Source: Acidimicrobiia bacterium
GTDB lineage: Bacteria; Actinomycetota; Acidimicrobiia; IMCC26256; JACDBD01
Direction: 5' to 3'
Assembly (NCBI GenBank): GCA_036005605.1
Contig: DASYQJ010000236.1
Location: forward strand, 1 to 61,513
Length of the DNA stretch: 61,513 nt
In this document: positions 9,102 to 18,202 of the stretch, piece by piece
How the letters are laid out: each line of letters opens with the position of its first letter
How positions within the stretch are numbered: the stretch's first letter is position 1
Position numbers and translations under genes: made by a program
The notes under the pieces: model-generated
What the model was told of the DNA's origin: nothing
What the model saw: only the letters and a program-made list of their open reading frames with translations
The model's database searches: none

Positions 9102-9950
9102 TCAGTCGTCGCCCCGGTCGCGGAGGAACTGCTCGACTTCGTCGGCGAGCCCCTCGCCCGAGGGGATGTCGGTTTCGGCCTCGGTGTCGTACCGCTCCTC
9201 GAGCTGTCCGACGTAGGAGCGCACGTCGTCGTCCTGCGATACGACCTCGTCGACCCGGGTCTGCCACGCCTGCGAGAGCTCGTCGAGCTCGCCGAGCTCG
9301 AACGTGGTGCCGAGCAACTGGCCCAGCCGGTCGAGGAGCGCACGCGTCGCCAGCGGGTTGGGCGGCGTCGACACGTAGTGCGGGACCGGGGCCCACAACG
9401 ATGCCGACGCGATTCCGGTGGCGCGGGCGGTGTCGTGCAGCACACCGACGATGCCCGTCGGCCCCTCGTAGCGCGAGCGCTGCAGGTGGAGGCTCTTCAT
9501 GAGCTCGGGGTCGGTGGTCGCGCCCGTGACGCGCACCGGTCGGGTGTGCGGGACGTCGGCGAGAAGCGCGCCCAACGTCACGACCATCTCGCATCCGGTC
9601 TCGCCGGCGACGCCGAGCACCTCCCGGCAGAACGACGGCCACCGCAGGTTGGGCTCGATGCCGCGCAGCACGACGAGGTCGCGGGCGTCGACGGGCACGG
9701 CGAAGAACTCGTTCGCCGGCCAGGTCAGGTCACGGGTGACGCCGTCGACGAGCTCCACGGTGGGGCGGGCGGACTGGAAGTCGAAGTGCTGCTCCGGGTC
9801 CATCGACGCCATCTTCGTGGCACCGAACTGACGGGTCAGCCAGCCGGCAGCTTCGGACGCTGCGCTGGCGGCGTCGTTCCATCCCTCGAAGCCGGCTACG
9901 AGGACCGGACGGCGCAACTCCGGGCGTTGTTCCCACGCGACACTTGCCAT
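9102..9950 (-). CDS. PAC2 (proteasome assembly chaperone 2-like) family protein
   Basis: 282 aa starting RPVLVAGFEGWNDAASAASEAA, with a central GPTGIVGVL and an acidic C-terminus. This matches the actinobacterial PAC2 family pattern. Confidence 0.8.
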   Translation of the reverse strand: MASVAWEQRPELRRPVLVAGFEGWNDAASAASEAAGWLTRQFGATKMASMDPEQHFDFQSARPTVELVDGVTRDLTWPANEFFAVPVDARDLVVLRGIEPNLRWPSFCREVLGVAGETGCEMVVTLGALLADVPHTRPVRVTGATTDPELMKSLHLQRSRYEGPTGIVGVLHDTARATGIASASLWAPVPHYVSTPPNPLATRALLDRLGQLLGTTFELGELDELSQAWQTRVDEVVSQDDDVRSYVGQLEERYDTEAETDIPSGEGLADEVEQFLRDRGDD

Positions 9951-9981
9951 CAGGTGAGCTTACGACCGCGGCGACGGCGGC

Positions 9982-10836
9982 CTACCCGCGTGTGCCGCGC
10001 AGCTGGCTGAAGTCGACGGGATAGCCGCCGTTCTCGACGATCGTCTTCGCGATCGGCTGGATCAGGGAGAACAGCTCGCCGGCGCGATCGCCGAGGCGGT
10101 CGATGACCTCCCGCTCGGCGAGGTCCGTGCTGTGCTCGATCTCGGCGCGGAACGTGCGCCCGGCATCGTTCAGCTGGCCGTCGCCGTCGAGCAGGCCGCG
10201 GTCCTGGAGCCGGGCGCGGGCGGCATCGACCTCCTCGGCGTTCCAACCCCGGGTGAACACGTACGCCCCGGGCTCCAGGCCCCAGCTCAGCTCGGTGAGG
10301 ACCGTGATCTCGCACGAGTCGGTGCGTGAGATCCACGCCGCGATGTGGCCGTCGCCCCGGTGCTCGCGCACGAGGTCGGCGGCGTGCCACAACTGCCCCA
10401 TCGGGGTGTCGGGCACAGGCTGCACGGACAGCCCGGAGTAGAGCATGCGGCCCGACGGGTCGACGCCGTCCGTGAGCGAGAAGAGGATCTCGGTCGCCTG
10501 CTTCACCTCGGGGCCGGGCTCACCCAGCAGGCGGTTCAGCTGGTCCGTGGCGCCATCGCGCCGGGCGGCCACCATGGGCTCGGGGTCCGTCTTCGACCAC
10601 CCGCCGGTGATGGCGCGCTCGACGACGGCGGGCTTGAACGCACCGAAGGCGGCGGTGACGACGCTCCAGGGTGCCTTCCCCAAACACGCGCTCCGGCTGC
10701 AGAAGTACCCCTCGAAGTAGTTGAGCCCCAGCGCCTCGTAGCGCTGCTGGGCCTCGGGCGCGAAGTACACGCCCGCGGCGATCGGCTCGACGAGGTTGCG
10801 CAGCCGGCGTGCCGTCTCGTGCAGGTCAGAGCCCAC
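9982..10836 (-). CDS. conserved actinobacterial hypothetical protein (SCO6745-like)
   Basis: 284 aa with LRNLVEPIAAGVYFAPEA...YFEGYFCSRSACLG. It resembles the family I recall as SCO6745 family protein. The assignment is from memory only. Confidence 0.55.
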   Translation of the reverse strand: MGSDLHETARRLRNLVEPIAAGVYFAPEAQQRYEALGLNYFEGYFCSRSACLGKAPWSVVTAAFGAFKPAVVERAITGGWSKTDPEPMVAARRDGATDQLNRLLGEPGPEVKQATEILFSLTDGVDPSGRMLYSGLSVQPVPDTPMGQLWHAADLVREHRGDGHIAAWISRTDSCEITVLTELSWGLEPGAYVFTRGWNAEEVDAARARLQDRGLLDGDGQLNDAGRTFRAEIEHSTDLAEREVIDRLGDRAGELFSLIQPIAKTIVENGGYPVDFSQLRGTRG

Positions 10837-10872
10837 GATCCCCCCTCGGTCTCCGGTCGTTCGCCCGTGTGG

Positions 10873-11601
10873 CTACCGCCGGATGACCCGGTTCCGCAGC
10901 GTACCGATCCCCCCGATCGTGATCTCCACGACGTCGCCGTCCTCGAGCCACCGCTGCGGGTTGCGGGCCATGCCGACGCCGCCCGGTGTGCCCGTGAGGA
11001 TCACGTCGCCCGGCTCCAGCGTGAGCCCGCGCGAGAGGTGGGCGATCAGCTCCGGGACCGAGAACACGAGCTGGTCCGTGTTCGAGGACTGCAGGACCTC
11101 GCCGTTGACGCGCGTCTCGACGTCGAGGTGGTCGAGGTCGAGCTCGTCGGGAGTCACGAGCACCGGACCGAGCGGACAGAACGTGTCGAACGACTTCGAC
11201 CACACCCACTGTCCCGTCGTGAACTGGTGATCGCGGGCGCTGACGTCGTGCGCGCACGTCACGCCCTCGATCACGTCCACCGCCTCATCGGCCGGGACGT
11301 CCCGGGCGCGTCGTCCGATCACGACTGCCAGCTCGCCCTCGTAGTCGGGTTGGGCGACGTGCGGCGGGATCAGGATGTCGGCGCCGTGGCCGACGACCGA
11401 GCCGGTCGACTTCACGAACACCACCGGCTCGGGCGGGATCGGTGCCCCCGTCTCGGCGGCGTGGTCGCGGTAGTTCAGCCCGATCGCCCACACCATGCGC
11501 AGGTGCTCGACGGGCGGGTCGAGATTCAGGTTGTGCGTCAGCGCGGCGGAGTCCGCGGCCTCGACGACCTGCCGTTCGCCCTCGTTCCACACCCATCGCA
11601 C
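10873..11601 (-). CDS. fumarylacetoacetate hydrolase (FAH) family protein
   Basis: VWAIGLNYRDHA...DYEGELAVVIG...GDVILTGTPGGVG are the canonical FAH-fold motifs. Confidence 0.9.
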   Translation of the reverse strand: MRWVWNEGERQVVEAADSAALTHNLNLDPPVEHLRMVWAIGLNYRDHAAETGAPIPPEPVVFVKSTGSVVGHGADILIPPHVAQPDYEGELAVVIGRRARDVPADEAVDVIEGVTCAHDVSARDHQFTTGQWVWSKSFDTFCPLGPVLVTPDELDLDHLDVETRVNGEVLQSSNTDQLVFSVPELIAHLSRGLTLEPGDVILTGTPGGVGMARNPQRWLEDGDVVEITIGGIGTLRNRVIRR

Positions 11602-11658
11602 GGATGGTGATCCTAAATCCCCGCGATGACGCGCTCAGCCGTCTGTCATGCTCGCGTC

Positions 11659-12435
11659 ATGCCCATCTTCGACGGGGACGTCCTGCGCGCTCGCGGGCTC
11701 GTCAAGCAGTACAAGCGCATCCGAGCCGTCGACGGCATCGACCTCACGGTCGGCGCCGGTGAGCGCGTCGCGCTTCTCGGGCCCAACGGCGCCGGCAAGA
11801 CGACGACCCTCCTCATGCTCCTCGGTGTCGTCACGCCGGACACCGGTTGGGTCGAGGTCACCGGGTACCGGCTGCCCCGTCACCGCAGCGCCGCCGCCGC
11901 GCGCGTCGGGTTCGCCGCCGGGTACCTGCCGCTGCCCGAGCGGCTGCGCGTCCGCGAGTTCCTGTGCCTCTTCGGGAAGCTCTACGGGCTCCACGACCCG
12001 ACCCCTCAGGTCGAAGCCGGGCTCGAGCGGTTCGGCATCACCCACCTCGGCGACGCCATGGGCAACGAGCTCTCCTCGGGCCAGCGGACGCTGGTCGGGA
12101 TCGTGAAGGCGGCACTGCACGGCCCGGCGCTGCTGATCCTCGACGAGCCCACGGCGTCGCTCGATCCCGACGTCGCGCTGAAGGTCCGCACGGGGCTGAA
12201 CCGGCTGTGCGCCGAGGACGGCGCCGCCCTCCTCGTGACGAGCCACAACATGGTCGAGGTGGAGCGACTCTGCGACCGGGTGGTGTTCATCTCCCAGGGG
12301 CAGATCGTCGCCGACGGCCGCCCCGGCGACGTCGCGGCCCGCTTCGGCCGGGACGACCTCGAGGGCGTGTTCCTGCACCTGGCCGAAGAGCGCCAGGAGC
12401 GCGTGCCCGAGCAACGGAGAAGGAGGGGAGCGTGA
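11659..12435 (+). CDS. ABC transporter ATP-binding protein
   Basis: Walker A GPNGAGKTTT, signature LSSGQR, Walker B LLILDEPT. I chose the ATG at 11659 (MPIFDG...) within track ORF 11626-12435. Confidence 0.9.
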   Translation: MPIFDGDVLRARGLVKQYKRIRAVDGIDLTVGAGERVALLGPNGAGKTTTLLMLLGVVTPDTGWVEVTGYRLPRHRSAAAARVGFAAGYLPLPERLRVREFLCLFGKLYGLHDPTPQVEAGLERFGITHLGDAMGNELSSGQRTLVGIVKAALHGPALLILDEPTASLDPDVALKVRTGLNRLCAEDGAALLVTSHNMVEVERLCDRVVFISQGQIVADGRPGDVAARFGRDDLEGVFLHLAEERQERVPEQRRRRGA

Positions 12436-13220
12436 GCTGGCTGCGGATCCGGGCGGTGGCGCGCCGGCACGCGTACGTGCTGCAACGGTCGCCGCAACGC
12501 TGGTTCGACGTGGTCGTGTGGCCCGTCGTCGACGCGCTGCTCTTCGGCGCGATCGGCGTCTACTTCGCGGACCAGACGGGCGCGGGCGCCAAGGGCGCCG
12601 GCCTCCTGCTCGCCGGGATCCTGCTCTTCCACGTCGTGTTCCAGGCCGAGATCAGCCTCGCGACCGGCTTCATGGAGGAGACCTGGTCCCGGAACCTGCT
12701 GAACCTGCTCGTGACGCCGCTGCGCGAGGGCGAGTACGCCGCCGGTGTGGTGCTGTTCGGGCTGGCCAAGCTGGCGATCGGCGTCACCGTCGTCGGGCTC
12801 GTCGCGCTCGGGCTGTTCGCGTTCAACATCACCGACGTCGGCCTGGCGTTGGTGCCGATCGTCGCGTTGCTGCTCGTGGTCGGCTGGTCGGTGGGCATGA
12901 TCGTGATCGGCCTGATCCTGCGGGTCGGCCAGGGCGCCGAGATCCTCGCCTGGGGACTTCTCGCGATGCTCATGCCGCTGTCGGGCATCTTCTATCCGGT
13001 CAGTGCGCTCCCCGGGATCCTCCAGCCGATCGGCCGCGTGTTGCCGTTGACCCACATCTTCGCCGCTGCGCGTGCCGTCCTCGACGGTGACGGACTGCCG
13101 TGGGACGAGCTCGGGATCGCCGCCGTCGGCGCGCTCGTGCTCGCGGTCGCGTCGGTGTGGTTCGTCGTGCGGATGCTCGCAGTGTTCCGTGCCCGCGGCT
13201 ACATCAGCCGCTACGTCTGA
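12432..13220 (+). CDS. ABC-2 type transporter permease
   Basis: The GTG at 12432 overlaps the ATPase stop (GTGA). The product is multi-TM and hydrophobic (VSWLRIRAVARRHAYVLQRSPQRWFDVVVWPVVD...). Confidence 0.8.
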   Translation: MSWLRIRAVARRHAYVLQRSPQRWFDVVVWPVVDALLFGAIGVYFADQTGAGAKGAGLLLAGILLFHVVFQAEISLATGFMEETWSRNLLNLLVTPLREGEYAAGVVLFGLAKLAIGVTVVGLVALGLFAFNITDVGLALVPIVALLLVVGWSVGMIVIGLILRVGQGAEILAWGLLAMLMPLSGIFYPVSALPGILQPIGRVLPLTHIFAAARAVLDGDGLPWDELGIAAVGALVLAVASVWFVVRMLAVFRARGYISRYV

Positions 13221-13235
13221 CGCGCGAGGCGGGAG

Positions 13236-13601
13236 TCAGAGGGCAGCGAGTACCAGGCCGACGGCGGCGGCGAACATCCCGGCCACGGTGCTGGTGGCGG
13301 CGTTGAGCGCCGCTTCATAGCGCGACCCTTCCTCGACGAGACGCACGCTCTCGAACGTGAACGTCGAGAAGGTCGTGTACGCGCCGACGAAGCCGGCTCC
13401 GATGACCGCCCTCGGCGCGTCGGTCAGACCGTGATACAGCGCCAGGCCCGTGAGGAAGCCGAGGACCAGTGATCCGCTCACGTTGATCACCCAGGTTCCC
13501 CACGGGAACACGCCTTGGACGCGGTCCTGCACGAACCCGTCGACGAGGTAGCGGCTCGCCGCCCCCAGAGCACCTGCGGTCGCGATGGCGAGGAGCATCA
13601 C
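13236..13601 (-). CDS. crcB: fluoride channel CrcB/FluC
   Basis: 121 aa with GTWVINVSGSLVLGF...GAYTTFSTFTFE, the CrcB signature. Confidence 0.9.
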   Translation of the reverse strand: MMLLAIATAGALGAASRYLVDGFVQDRVQGVFPWGTWVINVSGSLVLGFLTGLALYHGLTDAPRAVIGAGFVGAYTTFSTFTFESVRLVEEGSRYEAALNAATSTVAGMFAAAVGLVLAAL

Positions 13602-13942
13602 GAGTCGGCGGAACGCCCGACGTACTTCACGATCTCCACTTCCTCACGGACGACCAAACCCTCCGTGATCAGGTCGTCGAGTGTCGGGAGGAAGGCGTCG
13701 ATCCGGTCGACGCGGTCGACGATGATGACGACGACGGGCAAGTCCTCGGTCATGCGCAGGATCCGCGCCGTGTGAATGCGACTGGACGCCCCGAATCCCT
13801 CGAAGCCGCGCACGACGGTCGCGCCGGCGAGCCCGGCCCGGTGGGCTCGCTCGACGATCTCCGCATAGAGCGGTTTGTGCCCGTGTTGATCGCTCTCGCC
13901 GACGAAGATCGTCAAGCGCTCGCCCGATCCTTCCAACTTCAT
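13598..13942 (-). CDS. DUF190 (PII-like fold) protein
   Basis: MKLEGSGERLTIFVGESDQHGHKPLYAEIV...RGFEGFG. The ATG at 13942 overlaps the upstream crcB stop (ATGA). DUF190 genes are commonly embedded in crcB operons. Confidence 0.8.
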   Translation of the reverse strand: MKLEGSGERLTIFVGESDQHGHKPLYAEIVERAHRAGLAGATVVRGFEGFGASSRIHTARILRMTEDLPVVVIIVDRVDRIDAFLPTLDDLITEGLVVREEVEIVKYVGRSADS

Positions 13943-14355
13943 CGTGTGCTCCTTCGCCAAGCCAGCCGCAGTCGACCGGCCACGATCCCGAGATACACAG
14001 CTGCGCCACCTGCTGCCAAGCTGGCAAACACGTAGGCGATGCCGAGCGCGATGTGGCCGTTCCTGATCAGCAGATCAGCCTCGACGGAGAAGGTCGAGAA
14101 CGTCGTGTACGCGCCGAGCACCCCGATGGCGGCGAACGGTCGCACGTACCGCGTGGGTGGCCAGCGTTCGAGCACGACCGTCAACAGGAGCCCGAGCAGG
14201 AACGATCCCGACACGTTGATGCAGAAGGTCGCCCATGGGAAAGATCCGGGCGCGGCCGGGAATCGCTCGCTGAGCTCGTATCGGGCCGGGGCACCCAGTG
14301 CACCCCCGAGGGCCACGGCGACAACTGCTCCGAGGCGCCGGTCGGTCGTCGGCAA
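13939..14355 (-). CDS. crcB: fluoride channel CrcB/FluC (second paralog)
   Basis: 138 aa with FCINVSGSFLLG...GAYTTFSTFSVE. It has a TTG start at 14355, preceded by GAAGGUGGAG. Confidence 0.9.
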   Translation of the reverse strand: MPTTDRRLGAVVAVALGGALGAPARYELSERFPAAPGSFPWATFCINVSGSFLLGLLLTVVLERWPPTRYVRPFAAIGVLGAYTTFSTFSVEADLLIRNGHIALGIAYVFASLAAGGAAVYLGIVAGRLRLAWRRSTR

Positions 14356-14375
14356 GGCTCCACCTTCGCTGCGCA

Positions 14376-14430
14376 GGTAGGAGCCATCAGCCGGGAGCGG
14401 CGGTTCAGGCGAGCCCCATCGCCGCCCGGC
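14376..14430 (-). promoter_or_regulatory. fluoride riboswitch (crcB RNA motif)
   Basis: The minus strand reads GGCGAUGGGGCUCGCCUGAACCGCCGCUCCCGGCUGAUGGCUCCUACC. This matches the crcB-motif core as I recall it (GGCGAUGG.G.UCGCC..AAC.GC...GCUAAUGA.UCCUAC). It lies directly 5' of crcB. The 3' segment GGCUCCUACC can also pair with the SD region GGUGGAGCC. Confidence 0.85.
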
Positions 14431-14468
14431 AGCCTATCGACCGCCGGTGTCGTTGCGACTCTCGGGAT

Positions 14469-15521
14469 CTATGCGCGCAGCGCCGCGATCGACGAGCGGT
14501 CGGCTTGCTCGAGCGCCTCGCCGACGAGGTTCTTGACCATCTCGCCCATGTGCTCGAAGCCCTCGCCGAGCGTCTTCCCCATGCGGTACCGGGCCGCGAT
14601 CCCCTCCACGATGATCGCGAGCTTGTAGAACGCGAAAACGACGTAGAAGTCGAGGTTGTCGATTGCCCGCCCGCTCGCCTTGGCGTAGAGATCGACGATC
14701 TCGTCGCGGCTCGCGAAGCCTGCTTGCTCGTCGATCGCTTGACCGGTGGCGATGATCTGCGCTTCGGACTGGCCCCAGTAGAGGAGGAACAACCCGACAT
14801 CGGCGAGCGGGTCGCCCAGCGTCGACATCTCCCAGTCGAGGACCGCCGCAACCCGTCCCGCGTCGTCGGCGGCCAGCATGGTGTTGTCGAGCCGGTAGTC
14901 GCCGTGCACGATCGTGGGCGGTCCCGACTCTGGCAACGCGCGTCGCAGCCGCGCCGCCAGGTCGTCGATCTCGGGCAGGTCCTCGGCCTTGGACCGCTCC
15001 CACTGCTGGCCCCACCGCCGCAGCTGCCGTTCCATGAAACCGTCGGGATGGCCGAAGTCGCCGAGGCCGACCGCGTCGTAGTCGACGCCGTGGATCCGGG
15101 CGAGCACGTCGACGAGCTCGCGGGAGCATGCCGCGGCCTCGTCGGGCGTGAGCGCGGCCAGCTCTTCGCCGGAGCGGAGGATGCGCCCGTGGACGCGCTC
15201 CATCACGTAGAACGGCGCGCCGTTGACGGCGTCGTCCTCGCACAGCGCGTACGTCCGCGGGACGGGGACGTCGGTGTCACCGAGCGCGGTGATGACGCGG
15301 TACTCGCGCACCATGTCGTGCGCGGTCGGCAGCACGTGACCGAGCGGAGGGCGGCGGAGAACCCACTCGTGCTCGCCGTCGGTGATGCCGTACGTGAGGT
15401 TCGAGCGGCCGCCGGCGATCAGCTCTGCAGACAGTGGGCGCCCGTCGGCACCGGCAACATTGTCGGCGAAGAATCCGCGCAGCGATTCGAGATCGACGCC
15501 TTCCGGACTCCCCACGGTCAC
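14469..15521 (-). CDS. phosphotransferase (APH/choline kinase-like) family protein
   Basis: 350 aa with IVHGDYRLDNTML and LDWEMSTLGDPLADV, the Brenner and APH motifs. Confidence 0.85.
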   Translation of the reverse strand: MTVGSPEGVDLESLRGFFADNVAGADGRPLSAELIAGGRSNLTYGITDGEHEWVLRRPPLGHVLPTAHDMVREYRVITALGDTDVPVPRTYALCEDDAVNGAPFYVMERVHGRILRSGEELAALTPDEAAACSRELVDVLARIHGVDYDAVGLGDFGHPDGFMERQLRRWGQQWERSKAEDLPEIDDLAARLRRALPESGPPTIVHGDYRLDNTMLAADDAGRVAAVLDWEMSTLGDPLADVGLFLLYWGQSEAQIIATGQAIDEQAGFASRDEIVDLYAKASGRAIDNLDFYVVFAFYKLAIIVEGIAARYRMGKTLGEGFEHMGEMVKNLVGEALEQADRSSIAALRA

Positions 15522-15554
15522 GCGGGGCAGCCTATGCGTGCGTTCGGAGACGCC

Positions 15555-15905
15555 TCAGGCGACGCGAGGGGCGCGGGGCCGTACGGGGCTGCCGGCGCCC
15601 TTCGGGTAGCGCGCCACCCGACCGACGGGCATGTCGACGCGGAACCCGGCGGCGGCGCGCTCTTCCTCCGACTCACCGCCCCAGAAGCCGTACTCCCGGT
15701 TCTCGCGCGCCCAGTCGCGGCACTGCCGCACGACGGGACACGAGGTGCACACGGAACGGGCCTGGCTCTCGCGCAGGACGCGGGCCTCGGGTCGCTCACC
15801 GGCGGGAGCGAAGAACAGCTCGCTGCGTCCCTGGCAGGACGCGTCCGCGGTCCACGCCAGGGGTCCGCTGAAGATCAAGTTGGAGATGGTCTCCACGGCC
15901 GCCAA
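15555..15905 (-). CDS. WhiB-family transcriptional regulator
   Basis: The four Cys pattern is C-x29-C-x2-C-x5-C (ASCQG...VCTSCPVVRQC), followed by the FWGG turn. Confidence 0.85.
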   Translation of the reverse strand: MAAVETISNLIFSGPLAWTADASCQGRSELFFAPAGERPEARVLRESQARSVCTSCPVVRQCRDWARENREYGFWGGESEEERAAAGFRVDMPVGRVARYPKGAGSPVRPRAPRVA

Positions 15906-16032
15906 GGCCGACCTCCGCTAGTTGGCCTTCGAGTAGGAGGACTCCGGGGAGCCGGTGGGGGGCTACCGACCCCCCGAGTCGTCCTGACACCATCCTGACC
16001 GCTGGCCTCGAATCTGTCCAACAGTTAGGATT

Positions 16033-16059
16033 GATGGCATCCATCGAACATTCTGATGG
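16033..16059. promoter_or_regulatory. putative LysR-type operator (ATC-N9-GAT containing T-N11-A)
   Basis: GATGG-cat-CCATC-gaacattct-GATGG lies about 30 nt upstream of the LysR start, in the whiB/lysR divergent region. Confidence 0.4.
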
Positions 16060-16087
16060 CCGGACCGTGGGCAAAAGGGGCATGGCG

Positions 16088-17014
16088 ATGGAACTTCGGC
16101 ATCTCGACACCTTGCTGGCCATCGCCGAGCAAGGTTCCTTCACCGCCGCCGCGGACGCGCTGTCGACGGTCCAGTCGAACGTGTCGGAGCAGGTCCGCCA
16201 GCTCGAGGAGGAGCTCGGCGCCGACCTGCTGGTTCGAGGCCGGCGGGGGGCGACGCCGACCGAGTGCGGCGAGGTGGTCCTCGAGCGGGCCCGTCGCATC
16301 CGACGCGAGCTCGAGGCCATGCAAGCCGACCTGTCGATGCTGCAGGGGCTGCGCACCGGGCACGCCAGCCTCGGCATCGTCGGAACCGCCAGCCGCTGGA
16401 TGATCCCGGCCCTGGTCGCCGACCTGCGGTCGGAGGCGCCCGGCGTGCAGCTCCGCATCAACGAAGGCGCGTCCGAACGGCTCGCCTCGGAGGTGCTCGC
16501 GGGGGAGCTCGGACAGGCCGTCGTAACCGAGCCGATGACGTCTCCCCGCCTGGACGTCGAGCACCTCCTCGACGAGACGCTGGTCGGCCTGGTGCCCGCC
16601 GACGCGACGGAGTTCGGGCCGGAGCCCGTGTCGCTCGCGCGCCTCGCCGAGCTGCCGATGATCCTGCCTCCGGTGGGGAACCCGCTGCGGCGCGAGGTGG
16701 ACGACGCCGCGACCGAGACCGGGCTGAGCATCGCGGTGCCGGTCGAGGTCGAGGGCATCAGGTTGATCGCCGACATGGTGGCGGCCGGCGGTGGCGCGTC
16801 GGTGCTCCCCGAGACGGCGATTCCGCCCGAGCTCACGCGCGTGCGCCGCGTCGCGCTCCGCGACGTTCCGCCGCGTCGGCTGGGCCTGATCACCGCGCGC
16901 GAGTCGTACCTGTCGTTGGCTGACCGCGCCGTTCGTGACGGCGTGCGCAGGCTCGTCGCCCGGCATCGGGACGAGCAGGCTGCAGCGGCCGCCGCCGCCG
17001 GCGCGGCGAGATAG
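16088..17014 (+). CDS. LysR family transcriptional regulator
   Basis: MELRHLDTLLAIAEQGSFTAAADALSTVQSNVSEQVRQLEEELG is a canonical LysR HTH. An ATG at 16082 is an alternative start. Confidence 0.9.
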   Translation: MELRHLDTLLAIAEQGSFTAAADALSTVQSNVSEQVRQLEEELGADLLVRGRRGATPTECGEVVLERARRIRRELEAMQADLSMLQGLRTGHASLGIVGTASRWMIPALVADLRSEAPGVQLRINEGASERLASEVLAGELGQAVVTEPMTSPRLDVEHLLDETLVGLVPADATEFGPEPVSLARLAELPMILPPVGNPLRREVDDAATETGLSIAVPVEVEGIRLIADMVAAGGGASVLPETAIPPELTRVRRVALRDVPPRRLGLITARESYLSLADRAVRDGVRRLVARHRDEQAAAAAAAGAAR

Positions 17015-17040
17015 CGTCAGTCGGCCGGAGGGAGGGAGCC

Positions 17041-17304
17041 ATGGCCGACGAGCCGCAGCGACCACAGGGGCGGCCACCGACCCGCGAGAACCAGATGCGC
17101 CTGATCGGCGCGTTGGTCATCGCGACGGTGCTGATCATCTTCGCCGTCCAGAACAGAAACGACGTTCGGGTCTCGTTCCTGTTCTTCCACTGGGACGCGC
17201 GGGTGATCTACTTGATCATCGTCTCGGCGCTCCTCGGGATGCTCGTCGCCTACCTCCTCGGACGGCGCCGCCGTCGTGGGCGGAGAGACGAGCGTCGCGA
17301 CTGA
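17041..17304 (+). CDS. LapA/DUF1049-like small membrane protein
   Basis: 87 aa with two TM segments around VSFLFFHWDARVIYLII and an Arg-rich tail. Confidence 0.6.
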   Translation: MADEPQRPQGRPPTRENQMRLIGALVIATVLIIFAVQNRNDVRVSFLFFHWDARVIYLIIVSALLGMLVAYLLGRRRRRGRRDERRD

Positions 17305-17317
17305 CAGCTTCCTGGTC

Positions 17318-17384
17318 GCGCTTGCTTGCGCAAGCGCTCCAGCCAACCATCGTCTTGATCGGGGGCCGGGGAAACCCCGGCCCC
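17318..17384. terminator. two tandem perfect hairpins between convergent genes
   Basis: GCGCTTGC-ttgc-GCAAGCGC spans 17318-17337. GGGGCCGGGG-aaa-CCCCGGCCCC spans 17362-17384. Confidence 0.6.
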
Positions 17385-17421
17385 TGCCCGAGGTGCCCCT
17401 CTCATCGGTCTCGATTGCGAG

Positions 17422-18186
17422 CTAGCGCGGCTCGAGCAGGAGGCGCGTCCCGGCCACCGTCCGCTCACCGAAGGGGCCGTCGCCGACCACGTCCGCTTCG
17501 AGCCGGTCCACGCCCGGCGGGCGGCCCGGTCGATCCTCGAGCTTCACGCGTGCCGCGCCCGGCCATGCCAGCTCGACCCAGCCCTCGCCCCCGGCTACCT
17601 CGTCGCCCTGTAACAGTCCGGCGAAGAACCCGAGGGTCGCCGGCAGCGAGGGCGTGCCGATCACGACGCGGCGCAGGAACCCCGCCCGATCGCCCGGCGG
17701 GGGCGGGTCCGGCCACCAGCGGGGATGGCCGTTGGCGCCGACCCGCTGCGCTCGGTCGATCTGCTCTGCCAGCGTGCCCCAGTCCCCGTGTGCCTCGGCG
17801 AGCTGCACGACCGTCCCGTGTGCCTCCCGCGGATGGAGGAACGCCTCCTTCCAGTTCGGGTCGGAGAGGTCGATGTTGACGGGGCGATAGCCGGCGGTGC
17901 GGACGCGCGCGAGCGTCGCCGCGAGGTCGTCCACCTTGAACGTGAGGTGGTGCGGTCCGTCGCCGTGGCGGGCGACGAAGCGCTCGAGAAAGTCGTTCCG
18001 CTCGACGTCCCACGGCTCGAGCAGCTCGATGTTCATGCCCCCGGTGGCATCGCCCAACCGCAGCTGCATGGGCCGGAACCCGGCGCTGTTGCCGCCGAAC
18101 AAGACGATCCCGCCGAGCTCGCCGACGAGGACGTCGAGGGCGTCTCGCACGTCGCGCGTCGCCAGGGCTACGTGGTCCAGATCCAT
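17422..18186 (-). CDS. VOC (glyoxalase/dioxygenase) family protein
   Basis: MDLDHVALATRDV...GPHHLTFKVDD is a typical VOC beta-alpha-beta module, present twice. Confidence 0.75.
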   Translation of the reverse strand: MDLDHVALATRDVRDALDVLVGELGGIVLFGGNSAGFRPMQLRLGDATGGMNIELLEPWDVERNDFLERFVARHGDGPHHLTFKVDDLAATLARVRTAGYRPVNIDLSDPNWKEAFLHPREAHGTVVQLAEAHGDWGTLAEQIDRAQRVGANGHPRWWPDPPPPGDRAGFLRRVVIGTPSLPATLGFFAGLLQGDEVAGGEGWVELAWPGAARVKLEDRPGRPPGVDRLEADVVGDGPFGERTVAGTRLLLEPR

Positions 18187-18202
18187 GCGAGCGTCCTTGC
18201 TA

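Noticed and set aside
9968-10020. Possible degenerate fourth copy of the hairpin+SD element (GCGGCGACGGCGGC then ...GCCGC..AGCTGG.......CGACGG).
   Set aside because: The 3' arm no longer pairs and there is no SD or downstream + strand gene. Most of the region lies inside the 3' end of a minus-strand CDS. GGC/GAC/GCG-rich 12-15-mers also occur by chance in coding sequence here, for example ggcgacggcggcgac near 22065. It could be a relic, but that is not supportable by eye.
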